A DNA stretch of 64,000 nucleotides from Anthoceros angustus (Eukaryota; Plantae; Anthocerotophyta): NCBI GenBank assembly GCA_010909165.1, contig MU008171.1, positions 434,001 to 498,000 of the forward strand, written 5' to 3'. The notes below the pieces were generated by a model. That model ran no database searches and was not told the origin of the DNA. It saw nothing but the letters and a program-made list of their open reading frames with translations. Shown piece by piece: positions 11,990-25,109 of the stretch. A program made the translations under genes and the position numbers. Positions within the stretch are counted from its first letter, which is position 1; every line of letters begins with the position of its first letter.

Positions 11990-13900
11990 AGGGGTGCTGG
12001 AGAGGTTGATTAGAACAATTGAGGTGGCCTACCTTAGATGTGGCATTTAGGTCCAGACAATCTCAAGACTTCCAAGAAGTTCAAAGTATTGCGGGCGTCA
12101 AGCAAGGTTGTCCTTTAAGTCCCCTCCCTTTCTATCTATATATCCTGAATCTACAACCAGAATTAGAAAATACACCAAGAAACTACTCAGAGAAGCTACT
12201 TCGATGCAATATTTTGAAGATCTATTATTTGCTTATGATTTGGTCTTGATGTGAGCAAGGGTAATAAGGTCATAGAAATTGCTCGAGGCATTGGCAACCT
12301 ATTATAATAGAAAGCACCTCGCGTTGAACTTGGAACAAAGTCTCCGGGGGTAATGATGGCTCCTAGTCAATACTTTGAAAGGTGAAAAAAAACAGCATAA
12401 ATTATACTCAAACCCTCTAAATCCATGTTTTCATGGTTTCATGGCTAGAATTGCACACGACAATCTATGAGCTATTGATGGAAACATGATTTTAAGCATA
12501 GTTAAATCTTCGCATCACAGGAAAGTATAAATCAAAGTGAGCATACATTATAAATATAAGATATATATAGCCTCAGCATTATGGACCTATCCAGAATCCC
12601 TGTCACACATCTATAGCAGAAAGCAAGGGACATTATGTGTGATCACGAGGAGACCACAAATTGTCTCTGCCTATCCGTGCCGAGCAGCAAGTTGCTCAGT
12701 TTCCACTGTTCAAGGCATGATAGAAACTTGGCGCACTGAACAGCCGGTGCATTAAAAATCGGTTATACCTTGAACACTAGACAATTCCAATCATGCCTCG
12801 AAACGCCACGGGACAACTAGTTGTATTTTGCATTTGAAGGCTCTATTAGGATTTTGAATAGCTGCTGGAACTCATCTTGTGAGCAAAATGGGTGCAATGG
12901 CACCAGATAGCCGGTGGCATCAAATGTCCATCACATTATTTTAACTTACAAATTGTTTTAAGATCATTTTATATAGAGTTATCTATTTACCATTATATCA
13001 ATTGTATGAATACTTGATTAGATAGGTTATTATTTCATGTGTGAGATATGGTTATAATATAGTATGTCTTGATGTCGGTTTGGACAATTCATATAGGTTA
13101 AGAAATGAAACTATCTCCATGTGAATACCACAATGAATATGACATAGAACAAATATAGTTTTCATATGTGTTTGTTCGTGGTTATTGCACTTGGGAACCG
13201 CATTATCGAAAAAGCTTTGGTTTTGCAACTACCTTCCCCTTGGTTTTTTGCTCTATTGCGACATTGAAAAATATACGCAGAAAATTGCAGAAGAGCTTGG
13301 AATATCCAGTTTTCTAAGATTTCTCATTTGTTTTTGTCAAAAAGGTTTAGGGTTTAGGGTTTACATAGAGTTACCAAAAGGACACCTTCAACTCGAAAAT
13401 GCTGTAGGTGACCGTGTTTGGGTTTCCAAGGAGCAGTATTTTTAGCCTCTATTTTCAAAAAACTCTCAAAACCAATATTTTTATTTTAAATTTTGTTGAA
13501 TTTTTGGCTGTCTCCAAAAAGTGGAGCTGTCACTACTTCTAAGGAGAGCTTGTTTTGGCCAAGACAAACTCATTGTCATCAAAGGCAAACACCAATAGTG
13601 CCAAATGACAGCCACTCTTGAACAAGGGACAACCGATTGAAGCAGTAGAGAGCTTTAAGTATCTCCTTGTGATGATCTACAAGTCAAGATCAATAGTCGT
13701 AAACGCGGGCCTACAAATTTTTAAAGCTTAGGCAAGGACATTGGTGTTGAACATAAAGTTCAAAGAGCTCCTAATTTTTGTCACGATGCCCAAGCTTCGA
13801 GTTTTTTATGCTTGTGTGATTTCCAAGCTCTTCTTCTCAGCAGAAATAACAATGGAATAGTATTGAAAGGAGCCAAACCAAATATCGTAGGGTTTATTTG
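11990..13900 (+). mobile_element. Decayed RTE/Jockey-like LINE reverse transcriptase relic split by a ~1.2 kb insertion
   Basis: GVKQGCPLSPL (~12090-12125), LLFAYDLVL (decayed FADD, ~12222-12250), LEALATYYNRKHLALN, then after the gap GQPIEAVESFKYL (~13628-13667). Confidence 0.55.
13344..13363 (+). repeat. Short interstitial plant telomeric repeat (TTTAGGG)~3
   Basis: GGTTTAGGGTTTAGGGTTTA read directly. Confidence 0.8.
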
Positions 13901-14550
13901 CAGTTCGAAGACCGACTTGCACACAGACCTTGTTGGTCGAGTTTGGTGGACACCTTCTCCAACTCATGATTGCACGGCAAACAAATGCACTTCTGGACTA
14001 CATATGTAGTACAATGTAGAACAGGTTTCATCCTAAAGCAGACATACATATTTGGCGGCCTGCAATCTGGCAGCATACATATTTGGCGGCATGCAATCTG
14101 GCAGCCACCTCTGTTGGAGGTTCAATACATTGTTATCGTTAGTGGATATCTAACCTTGGAGTCTCTCCCGATTTGCTCCAATCCCAACCAGCTTCCGTTG
14201 ATTGACCACAAGGCAAGTAGGTGAGGACCATTAAGATAAGATAAATAAGTCATTAGACCTTCACGTTAGGGTGATTGAGTACGGATAGGAGCGGGCGGCT
14301 AACAAACAACAAACGTTCAGCACAACTTTGTAAATCGCTGAAAGCGAAGCATCGGAATAGAGAAAGTTCACTGGGAAGTCGCTGAATTTGAGTTTGAGTG
14401 GGGGTGGTCTTTCTGGATTAATTAAAGCTGAGTTCACACTTGTGCGTCTTCCTTCGAAAGTGATTTCCCGCGCGGTGGAAGTCTAGTGATGGGAGTGGTG
14501 GAACGAAGTATTTAATGCGGGCTGGTTGGAGGGGAGCGGGAGAAGCAGAC

Positions 14551-17500
14551 ATGTCAAGGCCTGCTAAGCCGTCGTTGTTGCAGCGGTACGTGGTGGACCT
14601 AACTGGTTCACCCAATTCCGACTCAGACCACGAATCAGCAGCATCTTCAAGGCAAGATGAGCTGCAGGACGAGTTGCTCAACAGGATAAGCTCGCTGAAA
14701 TTGAGCGATCGTAAACCTTCTGGCGTGAAGCAGCCAATTGAATCTGCAAAAGCACCGAAGTCTGAGAAACAAGAGGTTAAGGAATCCACTGACCTCAAAC
14801 GGGAACAAGGCCAGAGCTCTAGTGTCAAGCCAAGCCCTTCGGAAAGTCATGCCGAGTCTCGGGAGACTGACGCTGTCTCAGCCAGCGGGGAGCTTAGGCT
14901 GGTGGATGGAAATCAGGTCTACTCTTTGCCTGTCAAGATTGCAGGTATCCTTTACCCGCACCAGAGAGAAGGGATCCGCTGGCTCTGGAAATTGCATGTC
15001 AGACGGATGGGAGGCATCCTGGGGGATGACATGGGACTCGGCAAAACGTTACAGGTGAAGTTCTGAGCTTTTTAGTGTGGGGCTGGGATAGTATGGACTT
15101 CTGTGGTTTCGGATTGGAGCCTAATGTCGCCTGTTGGCTGGTCCTTGAGCTTTGCAGATTGCAGCATTCCTCGCTGGTCTATTCCTCTCCCAGCTGATCA
15201 AGCGTGCACTGATTGTTGCACCCAAAACGCTGATTGCACATTGGACTAAAGAGCTCTCAACTGTTGGCCTCGGCGGGAAAACCAGAGAGTGATTGCCGTG
15301 TTATCTGAACATCAGTTTTTCTGCCTTCGTTTGTGATGTCCTCTGAGGCTGGATCGTCGTTGTCTGCAGCTACTCTGGCAGTTTGGTGCCTTTTCGAAAC
15401 GCTGAACTGGACCATGTGCTAAAGGTGGGAGAAGGCAACTGTGGTCGATTGGGTTTGATGTTCTCGATGCTTTTTGAATCAGAGAAGGTGTGCTGTGTCA
15501 ATCATGGTTCTGCAGAATGGCTTCTACCTTACGTTCTGCCTGCTCTGTCCTGTCTTCAGTTCGGCGGGGTTCTCTTGACCACTTATGACATGGTGCGAGT
15601 GAACTGGAAATCACTGAAGGGCGAGTTTACTGGCAAGGGTCAACGTGAACTTGACATCTCCTGGGATTACGTTATTCTAGATGAGGTAACAATCCCATCC
15701 TGGTCTGAAAAGTGCAACCTTTCCCTTCGCCCGTGCCTGCTCTTCCACTTTCATCTCTGACCAGACTAGTCCTTTGAGTTGTCGACAGTGGAAAAGTAAG
15801 GCAGCTGGTCTCACTATGTGCTGTCTTCTCTGTGACAAGGGTCATCTCATCAAGAACCATAACACAGAGCGTGCTAAAAGCCTACGTGAAATTCTAAGCT
15901 CCCACCGCATTATTCTCTCTGGGACACCTATCCAGAACAATCTTCGGGTGCAATTTTTTCTTCTGCTCTGTCACTTCGAGCTCTTGGTCTATGAAATCTG
16001 CAACTGGGGGCTTATCATCTGAAGCTGATGTTCACATGGTCAGGAGATGTGGGCCCTTTTTGACTTTTGCTGCCCACACCTCTTTGGTGATTGGAGAGAG
16101 TGAGTACCTTGGGCACAATACAGCATGTGTACTCATTGCTTGATTTGTAATTCACGTCTTTTTGGGATGATTTTGAACTGCAGAATGCTAGATTCTTATA
16201 TATTGAACGGTCCTTGTCTTGAAGCACCTCTGCCATATAGCTAGCTGATAATTGTTGCTCGTTGCAGGTTCAAAGAGAAGTTTGAAAATCCAATCCATCA
16301 TGGAAATGACAAAACTGCTTCAGAGCGGGTGCAAAGAGTTGGGACTGCTGCAGCAGAGGTAAGTCCATGGTCGACATCCAAAATGTGGTTAAGGCAGCAC
16401 TTGAGTCGTTTGCAAGTGCTGTTTTGTGGAGTTCTCCGTCTCAGTGAAACAAGGCAGGGGCACATCCATTGATAGAGTTCCGTTGCAGAATCTCAGGAAA
16501 CAGATTGCACCATTCTTCCTAAGGCGCATGAAAAGTGAAGTGTTTCCTGATACAGATGCAACCAGTAGGAAGCTGCCAGTAAAGAACGATCTCATTGTTT
16601 GGCTTCGATTATCTAAGTTTCAGGTACTTCATCCTGCCTGGCGAGCCTTGCTTGTCTGTCATGCTGAAATTGCTCTAACTTCTCTCCACCGGTGCCAAAC
16701 AGCAACAATTGTACAGAGCATTTCTCAAGAGCGAGTCAGTTCGGTCAGCTCTGGAGGGAACTAATAATCCGCTTGCTGCAATAACGGTACTGTGGTGTCT
16801 CGTCTTTAGAATTTACCATAACTGTTCCCACATTCTGGTCTTTGGCAAAGGAACTCCAGGCTTTGCCAAATGTGTTTGTTATGCTGAGACCTGACAAGAT
16901 TAAACATTCTTCTCACTGATGGGCTCAGCCTGGTTATGCGCAATTGTGTATTGTGGCTTAAGTAGCCAGCGAAGTGATCTTTGTAACTTGGGCAGGTTCT
17001 AAAGAAGATTTGTGATCATCCTTTCCTCTTGACTAAACGAGCAACCGATGATATCACGGAGGGCTTGGAGGGCATGATGAGCAGTAAAGATCGTGCAACT
17101 GCAGAGGAGATGGCTGGGGCCCTGGCAGATCTTGTTGATCTTGACGAAGGAGCTAGAGGAAGTCATGTTATGTCCTCTTGCAAGATTGATTTCCTCGTTT
17201 CTCTGTTGGTACAACACCGTCTTTTTTAATGCTCAAATACCTCTTTACATTTGGTTAGCTGTTGACGCACTGCTGCTATCCTCGTCCTGGACTGGATCCA
17301 CACTGTTTTTGGATGTGGGATTACAATTGTGGTCAACTGCTAAACGAGAACATCTTGATGGCAGGAAAATTTAGTTGGACATGGACACCGGACTCTTGTT
17401 TTCAGCCAGACGCGAAAGATGCTTGATATCATCCAGGTTAGTGCAACTTTCCCTGGCTACCTCAGTGGATACACGAGGTACAGGGTTAATGCCAATCCTG

Positions 17501-19337
17501 CGGCCTGCTGCTTTGGAATCTCAAAAAACTAGTATGTCCATGCAGGCGGAGATATGTCGGAAGCAATATCGCTTTCTTCGCATAGATGGGACAATGAAGG
17601 CTTCTGACAGAGAGCAGAACGTCCAAGTAAGTTGGTGGCATGCTGGCAGCCATATGTTGCACGCCTTTCCTGTTCCCTGATGCAAAATATTGCACCTATC
17701 CCCACAGGCTCTTCCTGCGACCTGACATCACAGTATTAAAAAAGGATTATGGCTCGAACATTTTTGGATTGCTTAGAATTGGACGAGACTTGCCCTTTTT
17801 TGTCCTATTGATTTAAATGCGGTTTTAGCTCTGTCAAATAGATCGTTGAATCGCATGATTTGATTTGCAGGAATTTCAGTCAGATCCGAGGATATCAGTT
17901 CTTCTTTTAACATCACAGGTCGGAGGTCTTGGACTCACACTCACTGCTGCAAATAGAGTTATCATTGTAGACCCGAATTGGAATCCAAGGCAAGTTCCCT
18001 TCCAGTTACAGGGCCACTTTGTATTCTCTGCTGTAGGCGTGGGTAAAACTATCTTGAGTGCTTATGTGGCATGCAGTGTAGACAACCAGAGTGTTGATAG
18101 AGCTTACCGGATTGGTCAGAAAAAGGATGTGCTTGTCTACCGGCTTATCTCCTGTAGCACTATTGAAGAGATAGTCTACAAAAAACAGGCAAGGGGTTGT
18201 CTTCGTTCAACTTAAGCACGTAGTTCCTTCTCCACATCTATTTCTGTTGTAATGTGGGCTTTGGAAGCATGTGTTGAAATTACAGGCACCTCATCTTTCC
18301 TGCAGGTGTTCAAAGGAGGACTTATGAAAGTTGCGACGGAGAAGAAGGAAACGTTTCGGTATTTTTCACAGAGAGTATGTGACGAGCTTCGTCTTTCTTC
18401 TCCTTTTTTCATGTACTTCACTTTTCACGTCAAACTAGTAGTGAGCATTGCCGTGGCATGCAGGACCTCCACGAAATTTTCTCTGTTCCAAGCTGTGGGT
18501 TTGACATCTCTCTGACCCAGCAGCAACTGCACAAAGAACATGCTAATCAGTATTGCATGTAAGAGGCTCCACTTTTCAACAGTCATCCTTCACATGAGCG
18601 ATTTGCAAGCTGGCACATTTCTGTCTCCTGGATGTTGCCTGAATGTAATATGCTGTTGCACCTTAGCTGGAGAGCTCTGCCGTGACGTACTCTACTGATA
18701 CGATTTAATGAACGTCATGCAGTACCGAGCAAATGCAGCAGCAGATTCAATTTCTTCACAAGCTACCCATGATGGCAGGTGTCAGTCACCACGATCTTCT
18801 GTTCTCCAAGACAGCTCCAGCTCCAGCTCCAGCACAACCTCCTCGGCCTGAAAAGATAGTGTATGAGGCTCGACCCTCCTTGCGGATGGCTTGTCCAAGG
18901 CGTAATGAGATGCTTGAATTGTTTGTTTTCAGTGATCTGCTCTTTGACCAGCTGCAAAACTCGACGCTGACTATCTTCGCTTCCCATGACAGTGAGCCCT
19001 AACTCCAACGTTGTTGATACGCAGCCGTGATCCCAAAGAACTTGAACTGGAGGAGGCTGCGCGTCAGTCAGCCTATAAAGTTGGTCATCTCAAGGGCAAC
19101 ATAAAGCGTCTTGCTAGGACCTTAGAGGATCAGGTCTGGCTGCTTGACGGGTTTCTGTTCCTCGAGTGGGTATTTTGCTAAGAAGCTGATTAAGAAGTCT
19201 AAAATTTCTTGCAGGTCCTCATCGACAGGCTACCAGATAAAGGTCTCAGTATAGTGAGGAAACTGAAGGAATTGTCATTGGAACTCACTGCCGCGGAAGC
19301 AAAAGCTTCCCAATTCTCTAGTGTTAACTCAAAGTAA
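14551..19337 (+). CDS. CHR24: SNF2-family chromatin remodelling ATPase, CHR24/ERCC6L-like (multi-exon)
   Basis: [27 protein letters not shown]|[77 protein letters not shown] in ordered exons. Stop TAA at 19335-19337. Confidence 0.9.
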
Positions 19338-19650
19338 GGCAATGTGTCTCCAGTCTGCAAGCCGGAAATCTGCACACTTGTTGGTAGGCTACACGCCGGA
19401 GATCTGCACTCTTGTTGGTAGACCTACACACTTGACGTTGGCCAACACACTTGACGTTGGCCTCCGAAGGAACAGCGTTTGCTCCACTAAACAACAATAG
19501 CTTGCTGTCGACGCACTCAATGTATCCATGTCAAAAAGAAACTGCGCAGCTGCACATTCTCGCTGCGAAGTTTGAACTGCATCACGAGCAATTGACTTGC
19601 TCTCGATGGATGGAATCCAGCGTCGATTGATAGCAACATTAACAAAACCT

Positions 19651-21937
19651 CTACTGCACTCCTGCCAGGCGCGCCCAATCAACGAACTGCATTCCGCCGT
19701 AAATGTTGTTTGCGAACCGTATTCCGACAGTGAAAGCCAATGATAGGGATGGTATCCTGTGTGCCGCTGCAGAGCCTTCGACCAGCCGCTCCAGTCCATT
19801 TAATATCTGGTACCGGGTGTTTGAGGAGAAGGCCATGAAACCCCCTGCAAACCATGTATGTACGTTAGGTGCTGCAGTATAACCATCGCAATCGTTGCAT
19901 CAACCAACAAAATGCATTCATCAGAAGAACCGACATCTTACCCCAAAGAAGAGCACTTTGAAAAATGTCAGGTACAGCGATCTCTTCTTCTGACTTATTT
20001 ACCTTCCTGCATTGACGAGACGGGCAGTGCGTGAGGAAAGCAATCATTCAAAATCCCCAAGTTTACCCCTTCGAACAAACACAAGATAACGGTCGGGAGA
20101 ATTGCGACTTTTGATCTCTGACCAAATATCCAAAACCCGGCACGAAATACTCAGTCTACGACTGGCGTGAGCAGAGACAATCAACCTCCCAAAACGCTGG
20201 GAAAAGCTTACCGTTTCAGAGTCATGATGGTGCTTGCCACTCCTTGTCCGATAAGTCCACAGCTGAATCCCATCAATCCATATTGGCCCGCCTGATGAAC
20301 AAAAACAGCAGAGGTTAGAGCCATATTCCATCGGCCTTTACAAGCACTGGGACTGCTGCCTGTGTAATCTGTTGAAACCCAAACATGAAAGGCCACTAGA
20401 CAACCCTGAGATGACTGCTCCGTGTGAGCAAATGAAAGCAGCCAACCTTGTATACAAACGCAATGCCTCTTTGGGGGATAGTAAATTTGCGCCCAGGCCT
20501 CTGAGCCTCAAAAATACTGCGGACGTGATCAAGGAATGGAGTTCAGGTGAGCAAACAAGGAAGGAGGCAGCACACTGACAAGAGCAAGACCTCCCGCATT
20601 TTGAGAATTGAAGGTCCTGATAGCAGAAACTATTGGGGCCTGACCTGCTTGGCAAAGCCTGGATAGCTCGGGATATCGAACCCCTTAAGCCTCGGCGTGT
20701 GGAGGCCGCTCTCATTTGCACAAAAGGTGCCAGCAAACCAACAAGAGCGATATCCAGGACAACACCGACAAATAGGTCGGACAGAAACAGTTCGAACTCA
20801 TCCCAGAAATCTTTGCCACGCTTCTGCACCTCCGCAAAGGTGACAGAAGCCGAGTCTATGGCAACCTGAAAAACGAGAGGTGACAAACCGTGGGTGAGAA
20901 CAAAAGCGGCCACACAGCCAGCAAACCAACCAACCAGTGCAAGCAAAGATGGCATTACCTCAGTGGCCAGTTTGAAGAGAAAGGCTGGATCAGCTAACAT
21001 TCTATTTCTGAACAAGGCGCTTCCCCGAATGGCCGCCCCCAACAAACCCTTCTCCTGCGCCAGAAGGTAGGAACAGCCGTTACAAGGGAGGATCCAGCAA
21101 GAGCATGGGGAGGAAGATGATGGAGGAGGTATCCCAATGCACAAGAGGCAGCAGTTAGAAAAGAAAACACTAGACAGAGTCCGTACGAAGACCTGTGGGC
21201 CTGGGAAAGATGACGTCTGACAACGCCCTTTATCCAGCAGCAAACATTTCACAGCAAGGAGCAGCAGCCCAGAGCAGGCTTTCAGAATGCACGTTGAATT
21301 GGCGGTTGTTTAAGGACGAGACCTGCAACTCAAGATAGCGCAGAAGAATGAGCTTTCGTAGGCCCACGGTTTCAGCTATCCTAGCCATGTCCGCCGGCAA
21401 TGGCACTCCTCGAGCTAAAGAGCGTACTTCGTCGGCACTGAGTAAAGGTCCGAATTCTTTTTCTTCATCTTGTCCTTCTCCTTCGCCTCCCCCTTCTGGT
21501 CCGCCGCCGCCGCCATCATTGCCCCCGTTCCCGAAGTTGCTGTCCCCGGAGTTACCTCGGCCATTCCCTGTATCGCCCAGAAACGGCTCCGGCCCCTCCT
21601 CCCGTTGTTCTGCCACAAGCTTATCGGCTCCGCTCTTGGATCCCGGAACAGCGTGCCTGGAGAAGAGGGGCAGTCGGGTAGTGTGTGAAAATATCCAGCC
21701 CCCAAAATCCTTGCTCCCCGAATCCGAATTCGGCAGAGAACACCATGGTTGCCCCGACTGATTGCGGGCGTGCAAAGTGCAGGGATCGAGGCCGGGTTTG
21801 CCGATGATTAGGTCAACTTGCACTTGCCGTGAACTGCTGAAAGCCGTGCTGCTGCTGCTATTGCTGCTTCCCACACCACGGCCGCTGCTGCTACCCGCAA
21901 CCAGCTGCAAGGAGGGCGGCAACCCGAGTGCGGCCAT
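19651..21937 (-). CDS. RETICULATA / RETICULATA-RELATED (DUF3411) plastid envelope protein (multi-exon)
   Basis: Transit-like N-terminus, Gly-rich GNGGNDGGGGG, EKEFGPLL...LPADM, RMLADPAFLFKL, AEVQKRGKDFWDEFE, DIALVGLLAP and terminal NNIYGGMQFVDWARLAGVQ. Confidence 0.88.
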
Positions 21938-23605
21938 GGACACTGGACTGGCACCGGCAGCGGCAACAGAGCAAGGCGTCACCGAAAACAAGTTTCAGTG
22001 AAGAAAAGCCTCCGATGAATGTAACCTAACCAGCGAAATTTATATACAAGGCCCGCCACCGCGGCGAACAGCAAGTGGTGTGGTGCAGAGCTCCTAGTCG
22101 ACACCAAATCACCTGAAACTAATCTGGCACACATTCACACGCGCTGCAAACGGGATACGGCTTTGTTGTTTCTTTCTCCAGATTCGCGGCGAGCAAGAAA
22201 CGACATCCATCCCAGCCGGATGCACCAATCTGCGCTTGCCTAGCTCGGCCAAGGCGAGGAATAGGACCATGGCAGGCTCCTTGCTCTGATTGCTCATCGT
22301 AGGAGCAGCCTCCGCTCATTGATGTTCCGAAACTGAAAGAAAGCATTTGTTGAATGGCCGAATACTCATTCCTCAAGCAGGCAGGCAGCCAGATCTTGGA
22401 ATCGCAGTGTTGCCCTCGGCTGGCCGCGGCCATGCTCCTGAGAGACTGAGACTGAGAACTTGTTACATCCACAAGAAGCGCTCAACAAACTGAGCTGCGC
22501 ATTTCGTGGATGTAGGAAGTTTGCTAGTACAAGAAGGTTGGAATCTGATGCACGCCTTCTCGCGTTGTTATTGTGGCTGCAAGCAAACTTGGATGCTGAT
22601 CAATGTGCAATTCCCGGTTGCTGACAGTGATGTTCATGCCGCTTTGCTCATCACCCGAAACCCTGGCTTCGAGGAAGCTGGTGGACATGATAACTCCTTC
22701 GGTAAACCTGGGGAGGAGCTGCGACTTGACCGTGCGACTTAGGAGTGCAGTGTGGACCAGATCGAACATTCCTCACAGCTTCGCCGACAGATTGTTCAGG
22801 TATGTAATAGTCTTATGACGTATGTGCTTCCCGAAGCAGCAAATCTGTCGGATCTGATGTAGTTGTACGAGACGAGGTCACCAATGGGGAGATAGCAAGC
22901 AAGACCTACTCCAGCGAACGCTGTAAACTCCGTATGTATCTTCCCTTGTATCTTGTGGTGGCCAATGAAGGAACCTGGAGTAGGCGCGGAAGGAATGTAC
23001 AGATGTACGTCTGAATGTGGTTGGTTAATGCTGTGGCAGCCAATAGGAGAAGGCAGGCAGCGTATCGTTATGGAATTGGATCCGTGGAGAGGACGCAAGC
23101 TCAGGCTATTAGCCGAATATTCTGACCAGGGCAGCGTAGTGTAGAGGAGACGAGAGCGTCTACAGGCCACTAGCTGCGAAGGAGGTTTTCGGCCACGACA
23201 ATTCACAAATTAAAATAGCAGGAATTACGTGAAGTGGTGTTTGTTGAGCGCGGTCGTGGCAGAGGTGTGGACAGCTCAGCTTTGCTTCGGTTCCGCCGAG
23301 GGACGCCTTGGCTGTCACAGCATCGGCGCTGTCTACCACTCGCCGTGACTCCGCCCCGCCTCTCTCAGGATCAACAAGGTCGGTAAGGGTCGGTAGCCAC
23401 GCTCCTGGGCTTTATATGTAGAGGACTTTGGCTTCCCACTTGTCATCGGACAGCATTTCATCCTTTCCTTTCCTGCTTCCAGCTTTTCTGGGTCTCTTCG
23501 TCCCTTGCCGTCCGTCATCACAGGCGCAGGCTGCTCTTAGAGTTGAGTGCATTTGTGCTGCAAAGGAAGTGGGTGCTAGTGGCAGCGAAGTTATCGGTGA
23601 TCGTC

Positions 23606-24737
23606 ATGTCGGCAACAGCACCAACCGTGGGCGCCTCGCGCGCGCTGCCCTTGGATACTCGGATTGCTGACAGCTTCGGGGCCTGCTCTAGCGGGAAGCA
23701 TGCTGCCAGGATTTCTGTCCGGAACCCACGGGAAGGCCGGCGGCTGCGCGTCTCGGCCGTCATGGCCGACCAGCAGCTGGTGAGCAAAACGGAGGATTAC
23801 AACAGGGCTATGCAACGCCAGATGAGCAATCCCTATGAGTACCACCACGAATTGGGTGAGCGCTCCCTCTCTGCCTGCGGCTACGGCTTTTGGGTTTGGG
23901 TGCTTGCCTGGCCTTGCCATGTGGTGTGTGGGAGGCGATAATTTGTGGGTCACTGATTTTGTTCGCTCTGGTGCAATCAGGCATGTACTTCACCCGCATC
24001 ACCAGCAACATCATCGTGGGGTCGCAGCCCCAGAGCCCGGCCGACATTGACCGTCTCCGTTTGGAGCACAACGTGGGTGCTGTATTGAATCTGCAGCAGG
24101 ACAAGGACGTGCAGTATTGGGGCATTGACATTAATTCCGTAGTGCGGAGGTGCAAGGATCATGGAATTCTCCACATGCGGAAGCCGGTAAGAGAGTGCCC
24201 TCCGTTACTCATCTGCCCTCCTTCCGGCGCCCCAAACCCATCTCAACTCTGATCACCTTCATTTTGTGCCTCCAGGCCAGAGACTTCGATCCCCACTCTT
24301 TGCGTCAGGAGTTGCCCAAGGCTGTGTCTGCCCTGGAATGGGCGCTCTCTGAAGGCCGAACTGTTTACGTGCATTGCACAGCAGGTCTTGGCAGGGCACC
24401 CGCCGTTGTCATCGCCTACCTCTTCTGGTTCAAAAACATGAATGTAAGCCTCACGGCCCCACGCTTTCCTGTCATCGTTGCTCCGCCACTTGTCGCATCC
24501 TATCTGACGTACTGCTATCCCTTCCCTGTGCAGCTGGAAGCCGCGTACAATATGGTCACGTCAAAGCGGCCGTGTGGTCCTAAAAGGGAAGCCATTCGGG
24601 GAGCTACTTACGACCTGGCCAAGAATGATCCGTGGAAGGCTCCTTTCGAACATCTTCCAGACTACGCCTTCACTGACGTCGCTGATTGGGAGAGAGAATT
24701 GATTCAAGACAGAGTGCGCTCTTGCTCGTTTCACTAA
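23606..24737 (+). CDS. LSF2: Phosphoglucan phosphatase LIKE SEX FOUR 2 (4 exons)
   Basis: YNRAMQRQMSNPYEYHHELG|MYFT, VGSQPQ, NLQQDKD, catalytic VYVHCTAGLGRAP, AIRGATYDLAKNDPWK; no CBM between the DSP and C-terminal domains. Confidence 0.93.
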
Positions 24738-25109
24738 GCTTCTGCGCCCAGGTGCCCTAGCTCTGTACATAACGCATGTCCATACCATACTGAACATGAC
24801 CTCTAGAATTGATAGTCACCTAAATAGATGAGGTTGAATTTTTTGTCCGACATTTTGCTACCACAACATTCCTGGGAACAGGTGTGGCAGGAAACAGAGT
24901 CCAACTGTTACATTTGTGTTTATTTTTCTACAACCTGCAGAACACTATGCTGCTGCTGTTTCGTAACAAGATTTTCAAATTTCCGCTCCCACCACGTTAG
25001 CCTGCGTACATCAGGATATAATCTGTTACTAATCTGCTTCTAAAGGCAACGTGCACAACAATGGAGAAGAAAAGGCAGCTTCATACCAGAACTGCCAACA
25101 GACTATACG

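Noticed and set aside
22000-23540. Several short ORFs and C/D-box-like words between RER and LSF2
   Set aside because: No conserved motif and no convincing box C/D pair with a terminal stem. A donor at ~22800 and an acceptor at ~23525 suggest it is LSF2 5' UTR and intron.
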